13,929 nucleotides of DNA from Nitrospinota bacterium (lineage in GTDB: Bacteria; UBA8248), in contig JAYGFR010000135.1 of assembly GCA_046581755.1 (NCBI GenBank), positions 1 to 13,929 of the forward strand, in the 5' to 3' direction. The notes beneath the pieces are model-generated. The model was not told the DNA's origin, made no database searches, and was given only the letters and a program-made list of their open reading frames with translations. Within the stretch, counting starts at the first letter, position 1. Each line of letters starts with the position of its first letter. Of the stretch, positions 1 to 7,839 are shown piece by piece. The translations under genes and the position numbers were made by a program.

Positions 1-1
1 A

Positions 2-43
2 GCACCCCTGGCGGAGGGATGCGCATCCCTCCGCCAGGGGTGC
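2..43. terminator. Perfect 42-bp GC-rich palindrome downstream of the ABC SBP gene; probable terminator or mRNA-stabilising hairpin
   Basis: GCACCCCTGGCGGAGGGATGC (2-22) is the exact reverse complement of GCATCCCTCCGCCAGGGGTGC (23-43). It lies 15 bp past the SBP stop codon. A minus-strand U-tract would fall outside the window, so terminator function is unconfirmed. Confidence 0.55.
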
Positions 44-58
44 ATCAAAAAACAGAAA

Positions 59-1588
59 CTAGTTCGAACCCGCCAGACCCACTTCGGCGGCGATCAATTT
101 ACCGTCGGCGCGCGGCGTCCACGAAAGTTTCTTGCTCACGCCGAAGATCCGGAAGGTCTGATACAGGGGAACTATCGGCACTTTTTCGTGGCGCAAAATC
201 CGGCCGATCTCCTGATACTTTTTCTCTCTTGCCTTATTGTCCATGGTGGATCTGGCTTCGTTGATCAACTTGTCGATGCCTTTATCCCGGAATCCGCCGT
301 AGGCGGAGCGGCTGCTGATCGCGCCGGCGAACATATGTTCGGTGCTGAACGCCGTATTCATCCGCGCCAGGTAGTACAAGAACGGCTTCACGTTTTTCTT
401 GTACTTGCTGAAGATAATTTTCTTCATCGAGCCCCATTCCATCACCCGGACATTCGCCTTGAGGCCGACCCTGGCCCACATTCCGGCGATGCCCTCGAGC
501 GCTTCCTTGCCCATCATGAAGCGGCCGCGCGGAATATAAACGTCGAACGAAAAGCCCTTGCCGAAACCGGCGTCTGCAAGCAGCTTCTTTGCCCTGGCCG
601 GGTTATAAGGATAAGGCTTCAGGTTCGGGTTATGTCCGAAACTGGCGGGACCATCAAGAACGGCCACGGGTTTCGCGAATCCCATCATTATGTTCTTGGT
701 GATGGAATTGCGGTCGATGGCGAGATTCATAGCCCGGCGGACACGGACATCCATCCAGGGCGCGCCTTTTTTGATGACCATGAGAATGTAATTGGTCCTC
801 GGAGACTGTTTCTTGATGACCCGGGCGCCCTTGCTGGAACTAACGCGGCCAGCGAGCCCGGGCGGCAGGTTGTCGATGATGTCCACATCCCCCGAGATCA
901 GCGCGGCTACGCGCGTTGTCGATTCCGGAATGAACTTGACGACGGCGGTCTTGACCTTGGGTTTCCGCCAGGCGTTCGGATTTTCTTCGTAGATTAATTC
1001 CTCACCCTTGCGCCATTTCTTCACGACGTAGGGGCCGCTTCCAACCGGATTGCGGGCCAGGAACTTCTTGTCGTGCTTTTTGTAATACTTGGGCGGAACG
1101 ATGTACCCGTAGATGGCCAGGAACGGCGGCAGCATCGGGTCCGGCTTTTTCGTGTGAATCCGGACGGTGTACTTATTGACCACTTCCAGGCTCTTGATAC
1201 TTTTGAAGTAGCGGTACTGCTTGGACTTCAACTTGGGATCGAGAATCCGCTCGAAGCTGAATTTCACGGCCTCGGCCGTGATCGGATCCCCGTTGCTGAA
1301 TTTGAGTCCTTCGCGAAGCTTGAACTCCCACACTTTGGGGCTCGCCATTTTGTAGCTTTTCGCCAGCAGGGTGGTCAGGTTGCCGTCCCGCGATCGAGTA
1401 AGAAGCGTTTCGAAAACATTCGTGTGGTGCATCGAAATCGGAAGCGAACTAAACGTATGCGGGTCGAAAGTGGACAGCGCTCCCGCCATGCCCAAAACGA
1501 TTTTCCCCTTTGAAGCGGCTTTCGCCACACTCCCCGACAACATCAGTGCGGCTGTGACTGCTAATGCGAATACCCAATTTCTTTTCAT
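59..1588 (-). CDS. ABC transporter substrate-binding protein, family 5 (DppA/OppA/NikA-like), ~509 aa
   Basis: Start moved to ATG 1588 (GGGAGG RBS upstream). This gives a Sec signal peptide MKRNWVFALAVTAALMLSGSVAKA. SBP_bac_5 motifs: FDPH, VFETL, LAKSY..WEFKLREGLKFSNGDPITAEAVKFSFER, PVGSGPY, VRRAMNLAIDR, YNPARAKKLLADAG. Confidence 0.93.
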   Translation of the reverse strand: MKRNWVFALAVTAALMLSGSVAKAASKGKIVLGMAGALSTFDPHTFSSLPISMHHTNVFETLLTRSRDGNLTTLLAKSYKMASPKVWEFKLREGLKFSNGDPITAEAVKFSFERILDPKLKSKQYRYFKSIKSLEVVNKYTVRIHTKKPDPMLPPFLAIYGYIVPPKYYKKHDKKFLARNPVGSGPYVVKKWRKGEELIYEENPNAWRKPKVKTAVVKFIPESTTRVAALISGDVDIIDNLPPGLAGRVSSSKGARVIKKQSPRTNYILMVIKKGAPWMDVRVRRAMNLAIDRNSITKNIMMGFAKPVAVLDGPASFGHNPNLKPYPYNPARAKKLLADAGFGKGFSFDVYIPRGRFMMGKEALEGIAGMWARVGLKANVRVMEWGSMKKIIFSKYKKNVKPFLYYLARMNTAFSTEHMFAGAISSRSAYGGFRDKGIDKLINEARSTMDNKAREKKYQEIGRILRHEKVPIVPLYQTFRIFGVSKKLSWTPRADGKLIAAEVGLAGSN

Positions 1589-1623
1589 CACGTTTCCTCC
1601 CTTATTTCCGGACGTTGCGTCCG

Positions 1624-2766
1624 TCAGAGACAAGCCAGCTCATCCGAGCACTTGTTCAAAGGCACATATCCATTTTCTTTCACCAAATAAGTCTCCCCCC
1701 AAAAAATCTGCCGATCGCGGCCAAGGTTGAACATCGGGTGAACCGTAACCACCATTCCGGGCTCGAGATCTCCGGTCGATTTAGGCGTGATCATATAGTC
1801 AGTGAGATCCAATCCCGTTATATGAACCAATCCATATGGCCAGACTTCGTAGCCCTTTTCCTTGAATGCCCGGTCCATCGCATCCACCAGACCAACCATC
1901 GGTTGGCCAGGCGCAAGGCACTCAAGCGCGGCGTCCCGGGCCAGGCGAACAACGTCGTAGGCATCAACGAGCCACTTTTCAGCCGGTCCTAGAGTGAGAA
2001 CGCGTACGAGCTGGTTCCAATAGCCTTCCACGCGAGGAGAAATTTCGAGCAACAAGGCATCCCCTTTTTTCATGGCTCTTTTTGTCTGGGGAATCACATA
2101 TCCCCAGGGCGCTTCTCCGCCATTTGCCATGCTTGCAAGCCCCATCATGTTAAAATTTTCGGTGCCCCCCTCGGGAAGAATCACCTTATCCATCTCTGCA
2201 CGAATATCGAGCTCGGTAACGCCCTCATGCACAAATTCAAGGGCACGGTCCCAAATCCGATCACCGAGTTCGGCGGAGTGAGCGGAAAATGCAATTTCCT
2301 CTTCGCTTTGGATCAGCCGATTCTTCCATATCATCTCACCTGCGTCGACCCACTCTTTGGCAGGAATCTTATTTTGAAATTGTTCATACCAAGCGAAAGG
2401 AATTATCGAGAGCGTGGAAATTCCCAAACGCTTACCGGGGTCGGAAACCTCTTCGAGAAAGTTGCATGCCTGCTCTGGCACCGGCGTCATCGCTTCGCAG
2501 CGGACGTCGGAAATCCAACTTCTGCGAAGAGCCTCAATCCGCTGGTTTTCTACACCGACAAAAAGAACCGGCTCACCATTCCGGGGGAAAACGAGAATTT
2601 GCTGTCCTGAAAAAGGAATAAAGTTGCTGACGTATGCCAAGTTGCCCGTACGAGACCCCTGTCGTCCGCTATTCCCATAGACAACAAGGAAATCGATGTT
2701 TTCCATCTCCATGTCTTCTCGCAACTTCTGATAACGCCGGTCTCGCTCTTTATTTGTAAGACCCAC
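1624..2766 (-). CDS. M24 (Xaa-Pro peptidase/creatinase, pita-bread fold) family protein with atypical active site, ~380 aa
   Basis: Creatinase_N-like N-terminus (ERDRRYQKLREDMEMENIDFLVV..GNLAYVSNF), linker RLIQSEEEI, GVTELDI, C-terminal LEPGMVVTVHP and GETYLVKENG. Start placed at GTG 2766 behind GGGGGAG; the ORF track starts at TTG 2799. Confidence 0.85.
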   Translation of the reverse strand: MGLTNKERDRRYQKLREDMEMENIDFLVVYGNSGRQGSRTGNLAYVSNFIPFSGQQILVFPRNGEPVLFVGVENQRIEALRRSWISDVRCEAMTPVPEQACNFLEEVSDPGKRLGISTLSIIPFAWYEQFQNKIPAKEWVDAGEMIWKNRLIQSEEEIAFSAHSAELGDRIWDRALEFVHEGVTELDIRAEMDKVILPEGGTENFNMMGLASMANGGEAPWGYVIPQTKRAMKKGDALLLEISPRVEGYWNQLVRVLTLGPAEKWLVDAYDVVRLARDAALECLAPGQPMVGLVDAMDRAFKEKGYEVWPYGLVHITGLDLTDYMITPKSTGDLEPGMVVTVHPMFNLGRDRQIFWGETYLVKENGYVPLNKCSDELACL

Positions 2767-2862
2767 AGGTTCACTCCCCCCAACAACAAATAAATTCAAG
2801 AATAATTATGTCGGCAAAAATTCTTCAACACGAAAAAATAACGCCTCCGAAGCATTCGATTT

Positions 2863-3615
2863 TTAAAAAATTACTTTCCCCCCAGATACGGCCATATTGA
2901 CTCCGGTGATGTAGGAGGTTTCATCGCCTGCGAAAAATACGACCGCCCCCACGACATCCCCGGGGGTCCCCAGGCGGCCTGCCGGAATCTCCTTGATGTA
3001 CTCTTTCTGGTAGTCCCCCGAATGGAGAATCGGCCGCTCGGTGACGGTCAACCCGGGAGAGACCATGTTGACCGTGATCCCATGCGGCCCCATTTCGGTG
3101 GCCAGATTCTGGGAAAAATACAGCAGAGCGGATTTTACGGTTCCATATGAATTGGTCCGCGCCCGGTGCTCGCCGAGAACCGTGCTGAGGATATTGATGA
3201 TCCTCCCCCAACCCTTCTCAATCATCGACGGCAAAATGGCCTGGCAACAGTTGAACGTCCCTCTGAGCATCACCTCGATTTGCGGAACATAATCGTCTTC
3301 CCAATTGAGCTCAAGAAAGGTTCTTCCTTTTACGAGCTGCCTCGCGTTATTTACAAGGATATTCACGGGCCCCAAGGCACCGGAGCATTCCGCGACCATC
3401 CGCTCGACTTCATCCCGGTTGCTAACATCGGACTGAAAAGCGGCCGCCCTGCCACCGCCGGACACAATTTCATCGACAACCGCATTTGCATCATTGGAAT
3501 TCGAGTAAAAATGCACCGCCACGGACGCTCCCTGGCCTGCCAAAGCGAGGGAAATCGACTTTCCAATACTGCGGTTGGCGCCCGTAACCAGTGCCACTCG
3601 GCCCTCCAATGTCAT
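2863..3615 (-). CDS. SDR family oxidoreductase (FabG-like), 250 aa
   Basis: ALVTGANRSIG Rossmann motif, ILVNNA, NILS, YGTVK (YxxxK), GITVNMVSPG, IPAGRLG..YITG. RBS GAGGG upstream. Confidence 0.92.
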   Translation of the reverse strand: MTLEGRVALVTGANRSIGKSISLALAGQGASVAVHFYSNSNDANAVVDEIVSGGGRAAAFQSDVSNRDEVERMVAECSGALGPVNILVNNARQLVKGRTFLELNWEDDYVPQIEVMLRGTFNCCQAILPSMIEKGWGRIINILSTVLGEHRARTNSYGTVKSALLYFSQNLATEMGPHGITVNMVSPGLTVTERPILHSGDYQKEYIKEIPAGRLGTPGDVVGAVVFFAGDETSYITGVNMAVSGGKVIF

Positions 3616-3733
3616 GGAAATTCCCTCAAGGAATTCAGCGAATATAATAAGCGGGTAGAAACCTCCCTCCGCTGCCGGCAGACAGGGGAGGGTTCTCCCG
3701 AAAATCTCGAAATAAAAATCATCGCTAAATGGT

Positions 3734-3739
3734 ATTATA
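3734..3739 (-). promoter_or_regulatory. Candidate sigma70 -10 box (TATAAT) for the SDR-M24-SBP unit
   Basis: Plus-strand ATTATA at 3734-3739 reads TATAAT on the minus strand, ~120 bp upstream of the SDR start in an AT-rich intergenic region. No good -35 match. Confidence 0.3.
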
Positions 3740-4063
3740 AATAAGACAATATGGGGTTCATATCAGGAATTCAAGCTTTTTCTTCCGCTTCAGCATGAAT
3801 TTTTGTTTATTGCATTTAATTAAAGAATATCACCTCTCCATTCTTGTTTATGGAAATCTCCTTATTTATTGTATAAGAAACGTTTCGGCATCTTATCATT
3901 ATTTGCACTCCGCCCTTGGTAATTTGGAAGGCAATCGGCCCGCGCCCCGAAGATAAATGAATGACCCCTCGAATCGATTGTTTGCTCAAAACCTAAAAAC
4001 GATATAGACCCATACTTGTGATGCGTTTTTTAAGGAAAAGTATTTTTGATAAGGAAAATATCG

Positions 4064-4819
4064 ATGGGCCTGATTTCCATAGAAAAACCGACGAAAAACA
4101 AATTCATCCCCATTTACTATCAGATCGCCAATCTCCTTCGCCGCAAGATCGAGCAAGGCGAACTCGAACCAGGCGACAAACTTCCGAACGAGATGGATTT
4201 GGCAAAAATGTTTGACGTTAGCAGGGTCACCCTCCGGCAGGCCCTCTCCCTCCTCGAGGAGGACGACCTGCTCGTGCGCGAACGGCGCAACGGAACCTTC
4301 GTCAAAAAAACGATCAACAATCCCAAAACGATCCATCTCACCGGGATCATCTGGGAGGACGACTCCGGCCAGGAAACCCGCCGTGTCATTTCGGTGGAAA
4401 ATGTCCCCTGCACACCCTCCATCGCAAATTTTTTCAACCTATCCACCGGCGATGAGATAACGAGGATACATAGACTCCGGATGATGGGGAAAAAACCCTA
4501 CTGCCATGTCATGAACTACCTCCCGAAAGAATTGGCGAAAAAAGTGAGCCACTCGGATATCCGGCGAAGCACCATGCTCAAAATTCTGAAAGAAAAGATC
4601 CGGATTCCGGTAGGGAAGATTCATCAGACTTTCGAGGCCCGGACCGCCGACAGCGAACTGGCCAGGCACCTGCGCATCGGGATCATGGACCCCGTCCTCT
4701 ACGTCGAGACATTCATATTCGGGGAAAACGGCGATCCTCTCGAATATTCCCAAATTTATTACCGGGGGAATCAGCACAAATACAATATCGAACTGCTCAC
4801 CAACGGAGAAATGGTTTAA
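4064..4819 (+). CDS. GntR family transcriptional regulator, HutC/UTRA subfamily, ~251 aa
   Basis: wHTH PIYYQIANLLRRKIEQGELEPGDKLPNEMDLAKMFDVSRVTLRQALSLL..RRNGTFV. UTRA-type C-terminus (IHRLRMM..PYCHVMNYLP, QTFEAR..LARHL, PLEYSQIYYRG). ATG 4064 follows AAGGA; the ORF track starts at TTG 4046. Confidence 0.93.
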   Translation: MGLISIEKPTKNKFIPIYYQIANLLRRKIEQGELEPGDKLPNEMDLAKMFDVSRVTLRQALSLLEEDDLLVRERRNGTFVKKTINNPKTIHLTGIIWEDDSGQETRRVISVENVPCTPSIANFFNLSTGDEITRIHRLRMMGKKPYCHVMNYLPKELAKKVSHSDIRRSTMLKILKEKIRIPVGKIHQTFEARTADSELARHLRIGIMDPVLYVETFIFGENGDPLEYSQIYYRGNQHKYNIELLTNGEMV

Positions 4820-4957
4820 ACCGCGTAGTTCAGCGACCACCCTATTCGCCCGGCTGGCGAATGCACGCCCTCCCGCGACCATGAACCTCAGGCTCCAGCC
4901 CCCGCAAACCGCAGTGCTCCCGCTCATTTTGCTCTTTCCCATCCGGAGATAATTGAA

Positions 4958-5860
4958 ATGGTTAAATCCTTAAAAGAAAAAACAATTGGCTTCATCGGCC
5001 TGGGCCTCATGGGCCAGGCGTTTTCAAAAAACCTCATTCATGACGGCTACGCGGTCGTTGGAACGGACCCCGTTCCGGCGGCGCGGCGGAAATTCAAAAA
5101 GATGGGGGGAACCCCCCTTACCTCTCCGAAAGAGGTGGCCGAGGAAGCGGATATCGTTTTCATCTCGGTCCCGAACTCGAAAATATCTCTCCGGACCGCC
5201 CGCGGGAAAGATGGATATCTTGCCTTCTCTCCCGGGCGCTCGCCCGAGGTGGTGATCGACACGACCACTTCCGACCCGGAGGATTCGAGAAAACACGCCC
5301 GGCTCTGCCTGAAGAAAAAACTCCCCTATCTCGACGGATGCGTGAGCGGAAACAGTGGATACGTCGCCGAGCGGGAAGGCTTGTTCCTGGTGGGAGGAGA
5401 CAAAAAAGCCTATCGAAAAATAGAACCCCTGCTCGGTGAAATGCTTTCGGACCATATTTATTGCGGCCCTTCCGGATCGGGCGCCGAGATGAAAGTAACG
5501 GTGAACTACTTGACCACCATGGGGCGTTGCGTGATTTCCGAGGTGCTCCGCGTGGGGCTGCGCTGCGGTTTTTCAAAAAACTTTCTGCTCGATGCCCTCA
5601 TGCGCAGCCGGGTGGGCGGATGGACGCAGTTCCGGACCCAGGCCCCTGCCATGGTCCACCAAAAATTCGGCAATCCCATGAGCACTCTCGACATTCAGAT
5701 GAAGGATATCCAGCTCGGTGTAAATCTCGCCAAGCGCGTGGGGGCGGTATCCCCAGTGGGGAAGGCGTGCGTTCCACTCTACAAAGAGGGAATCGAAGCC
5801 GGCTACGGCGACCTCGACGGCATCTCCGTTTACAAGGCCTACCTCGACCGGGAGAGTTAA
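4958..5860 (+). CDS. NAD(P)-dependent beta-hydroxyacid dehydrogenase (3-hydroxyisobutyrate dehydrogenase/tartronate semialdehyde reductase family), 300 aa
   Basis: IGFIGLGLMG, VIDTTTSDP, YLDGCVSG (DAPVSGG-like), GSGAEMKVTVN with catalytic Lys, KDIQL, GYGDLD. RBS GGAG upstream. Confidence 0.9.
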   Translation: MVKSLKEKTIGFIGLGLMGQAFSKNLIHDGYAVVGTDPVPAARRKFKKMGGTPLTSPKEVAEEADIVFISVPNSKISLRTARGKDGYLAFSPGRSPEVVIDTTTSDPEDSRKHARLCLKKKLPYLDGCVSGNSGYVAEREGLFLVGGDKKAYRKIEPLLGEMLSDHIYCGPSGSGAEMKVTVNYLTTMGRCVISEVLRVGLRCGFSKNFLLDALMRSRVGGWTQFRTQAPAMVHQKFGNPMSTLDIQMKDIQLGVNLAKRVGAVSPVGKACVPLYKEGIEAGYGDLDGISVYKAYLDRES

Positions 5861-5863
5861 GGG

Positions 5864-6754
5864 TTATGTAGAGCGCGTCGAAACGGGCGGCAGTCCGGCC
5901 AACCGGCGAAGGACTTCCACCGCCGCGGCGTTGTCCGCATCTCCCAGACCGCCCAATTCGGCGGCCTGAAGAACTTGCTGGTGAACGCTGCTCAAGAGCA
6001 TGGGGGAATTGAAGCGCTGTCCCTGCTCCAGAATGAGGCGGACATCCTTATGGTGCTGGCGGATGCGGGAGCTCGGATTCTCGTAGTCAGTCCGGATCAT
6101 CCGCTCCCCCCGGTGCGCCATGGCCCTGCTGTAGGCAGCGGAATCTTTCAGAACCTCCAGAAGAGATTCCATCTCCATCCCCGCTTTCATCCCAAGAACA
6201 AGGCCCTCGGCCATGACCAGCCGGTTGAGGCCGGAAATGAGATTAATGATCAGCTTCGTACGAGCGCCCGATCCATTGGGCCCCATATAATGGCAGGATC
6301 TCGCAAAAGCCCCGATGAGAGTGCGTGCGCGCTCCAGATCGGACTTTTCTCCCCCGACCACCGCGATGATGTCATCCCGGCTGCCACTCAGGCTCGCATC
6401 GAGGAAGCCGATTTCGCGCTTGCGGAGTCTCTCTGCCGTCTCAATTGAGTCCTCGGGCCGCGATGTGGTCGTATCGATCACGACTAGCCCATCCGCCTGG
6501 CTTTCTGCCAAACCGTCCTTTCCAAAACAAACATCCCTGACGATTCCGCTGTGCAAAAGGGAGAGCACGGCAAACTGCGCGCCCTGGACGGACCCGGCCG
6601 GCGAATCCGCCGGTTTAGCGCCGTTTTTTTCAAGGATTTCCATTTGCGCGTCGTCGATATCGTAACCACGCACCTCGAATCCCGCCTGGATGAGTTTCAT
6701 TGCCAACACAGAACCCATTAACCCAAGTCCGACTACGCCTACTTTGTCCGACAC
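5864..6754 (-). CDS. Second beta-hydroxyacid dehydrogenase family protein, ~296 aa
   Basis: VGVVGLGLMG, GYDID, VIDTTTSRP, FLDASLSG, GSGARTKLIIN with catalytic Lys, KDVRL, GLGDAD. Start placed at GTG 6754 behind GGGGAG; the ORF track starts at 6790. Confidence 0.9.
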   Translation of the reverse strand: MSDKVGVVGLGLMGSVLAMKLIQAGFEVRGYDIDDAQMEILEKNGAKPADSPAGSVQGAQFAVLSLLHSGIVRDVCFGKDGLAESQADGLVVIDTTTSRPEDSIETAERLRKREIGFLDASLSGSRDDIIAVVGGEKSDLERARTLIGAFARSCHYMGPNGSGARTKLIINLISGLNRLVMAEGLVLGMKAGMEMESLLEVLKDSAAYSRAMAHRGERMIRTDYENPSSRIRQHHKDVRLILEQGQRFNSPMLLSSVHQQVLQAAELGGLGDADNAAAVEVLRRLAGLPPVSTRST

Positions 6755-6887
6755 AAAATTTCTCCCCTGTGTTTTTAATAATGACACCAAATCATGGTAT
6801 GGCTTGAATAAGATGCTGGCTGTCAGCGAGAATCATTCTTGTTTAATTTGATTCAGTGTAAAATGATCCGCCACTTCCGGAGTATAT

Positions 6888-7817
6888 ATGAGCCTACCCT
6901 TTCAAATCCGTTTTGCGGGCTATTCCCCTCCTTACACCACGCATAGCCGCGCTGCGGCCCGATTCCGGGAAGCGCTCACCGACCGCCTCGGCGTCGCCGT
7001 TCGGGTGAATATATTTTGGAACGTGTTCGATTTCGGCTACAAGGGGATGGATCTGATTAACATGGTCGAACGCGGCCAACTCACGATGTGCTATTCATCG
7101 ACTGCTTACGGCCTCTCCGACATTATTCCCGAGCTTCAGATCCTCGATCTCCCGTATATCTTCGAAAACGAAGAGCACGCCCACCAAGCGCTTGACGGTG
7201 AGCTGGGCGCCTATCTCACGCGGAAAATCGAATCCCTAAAAGGCTTCCGCATTCTGGGATACTGGGACAACGGCTTTCGGCACATCTCAAACCGCTTGCG
7301 TCCGATCCGCACCCCGGAGGACTGCGCGGGGCTTCGCATCCGCCTGATGCCGAACGAAATCCACAAGAAAACATTTAAACTGCTTGGAGCCGTTCCCATC
7401 TCCACGGATTTGGAACAAGGACTTGCCATGATGGCAGCCAGCGAACTCGATGCCCAGGAAAATCCCCTGGCGAATATTGCCGCATATGGCATTCACAAAT
7501 TCCATAAACACATCACAATGAGTGGACATTTTTACGCAGCCCGCAGCATTTTTTCCCACAAAAAAAGCTTCGACGCCTGGCCGTCTGAAGTCCAGGCCGC
7601 CGTCCGGGAGAGTGTCCACGAGGCCATTGTCTTTCAAAGGGAGGCGGCCAGGGCCGAGGAAATCCAAAAACGCAAGGAATTAGAAAGTGAGGGCCTTATT
7701 TTCGTTGACCTCTCCGAAGATGAACGCTCCAGCTTCGTGAAGGTCGTATCCCCTGTTCTTGCGGAAGCCCGAAACCGGCTCCCGGATGAGCTATTCCGGA
7801 TGGTTTCCCGACAATAA
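6888..7817 (+). CDS. dctP: TRAP transporter DctP-family substrate-binding protein without signal peptide, 309 aa
   Basis: LDLPYIF, GFRILGYWDNGFRHISN..PIRTPEDCAGLRIR, LLGAVP, LDAQENP, HITMSGH are DctP hallmarks. GGAG RBS at 6879-6882. In-frame TGA at 6864-6866 prevents any N-terminal extension. Confidence 0.88.
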   Translation: MSLPFQIRFAGYSPPYTTHSRAAARFREALTDRLGVAVRVNIFWNVFDFGYKGMDLINMVERGQLTMCYSSTAYGLSDIIPELQILDLPYIFENEEHAHQALDGELGAYLTRKIESLKGFRILGYWDNGFRHISNRLRPIRTPEDCAGLRIRLMPNEIHKKTFKLLGAVPISTDLEQGLAMMAASELDAQENPLANIAAYGIHKFHKHITMSGHFYAARSIFSHKKSFDAWPSEVQAAVRESVHEAIVFQREAARAEEIQKRKELESEGLIFVDLSEDERSSFVKVVSPVLAEARNRLPDELFRMVSRQ

Positions 7818-7839
7818 TCCTCAAGAGGCGCCCGGCACT

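Noticed and set aside
188..1992. Plus-strand ORFs 188-997, 1073-1513, 1371-1730 and 1564-1992
   Set aside because: Antisense shadows of the SBP and M24 genes, with no family signatures.
4844..4862. 7-bp hairpin ATTCGCC-CGGCT-GGCGAAT after the GntR gene
   Set aside because: Short, with no U-tract on either side. It does not support a terminator call.
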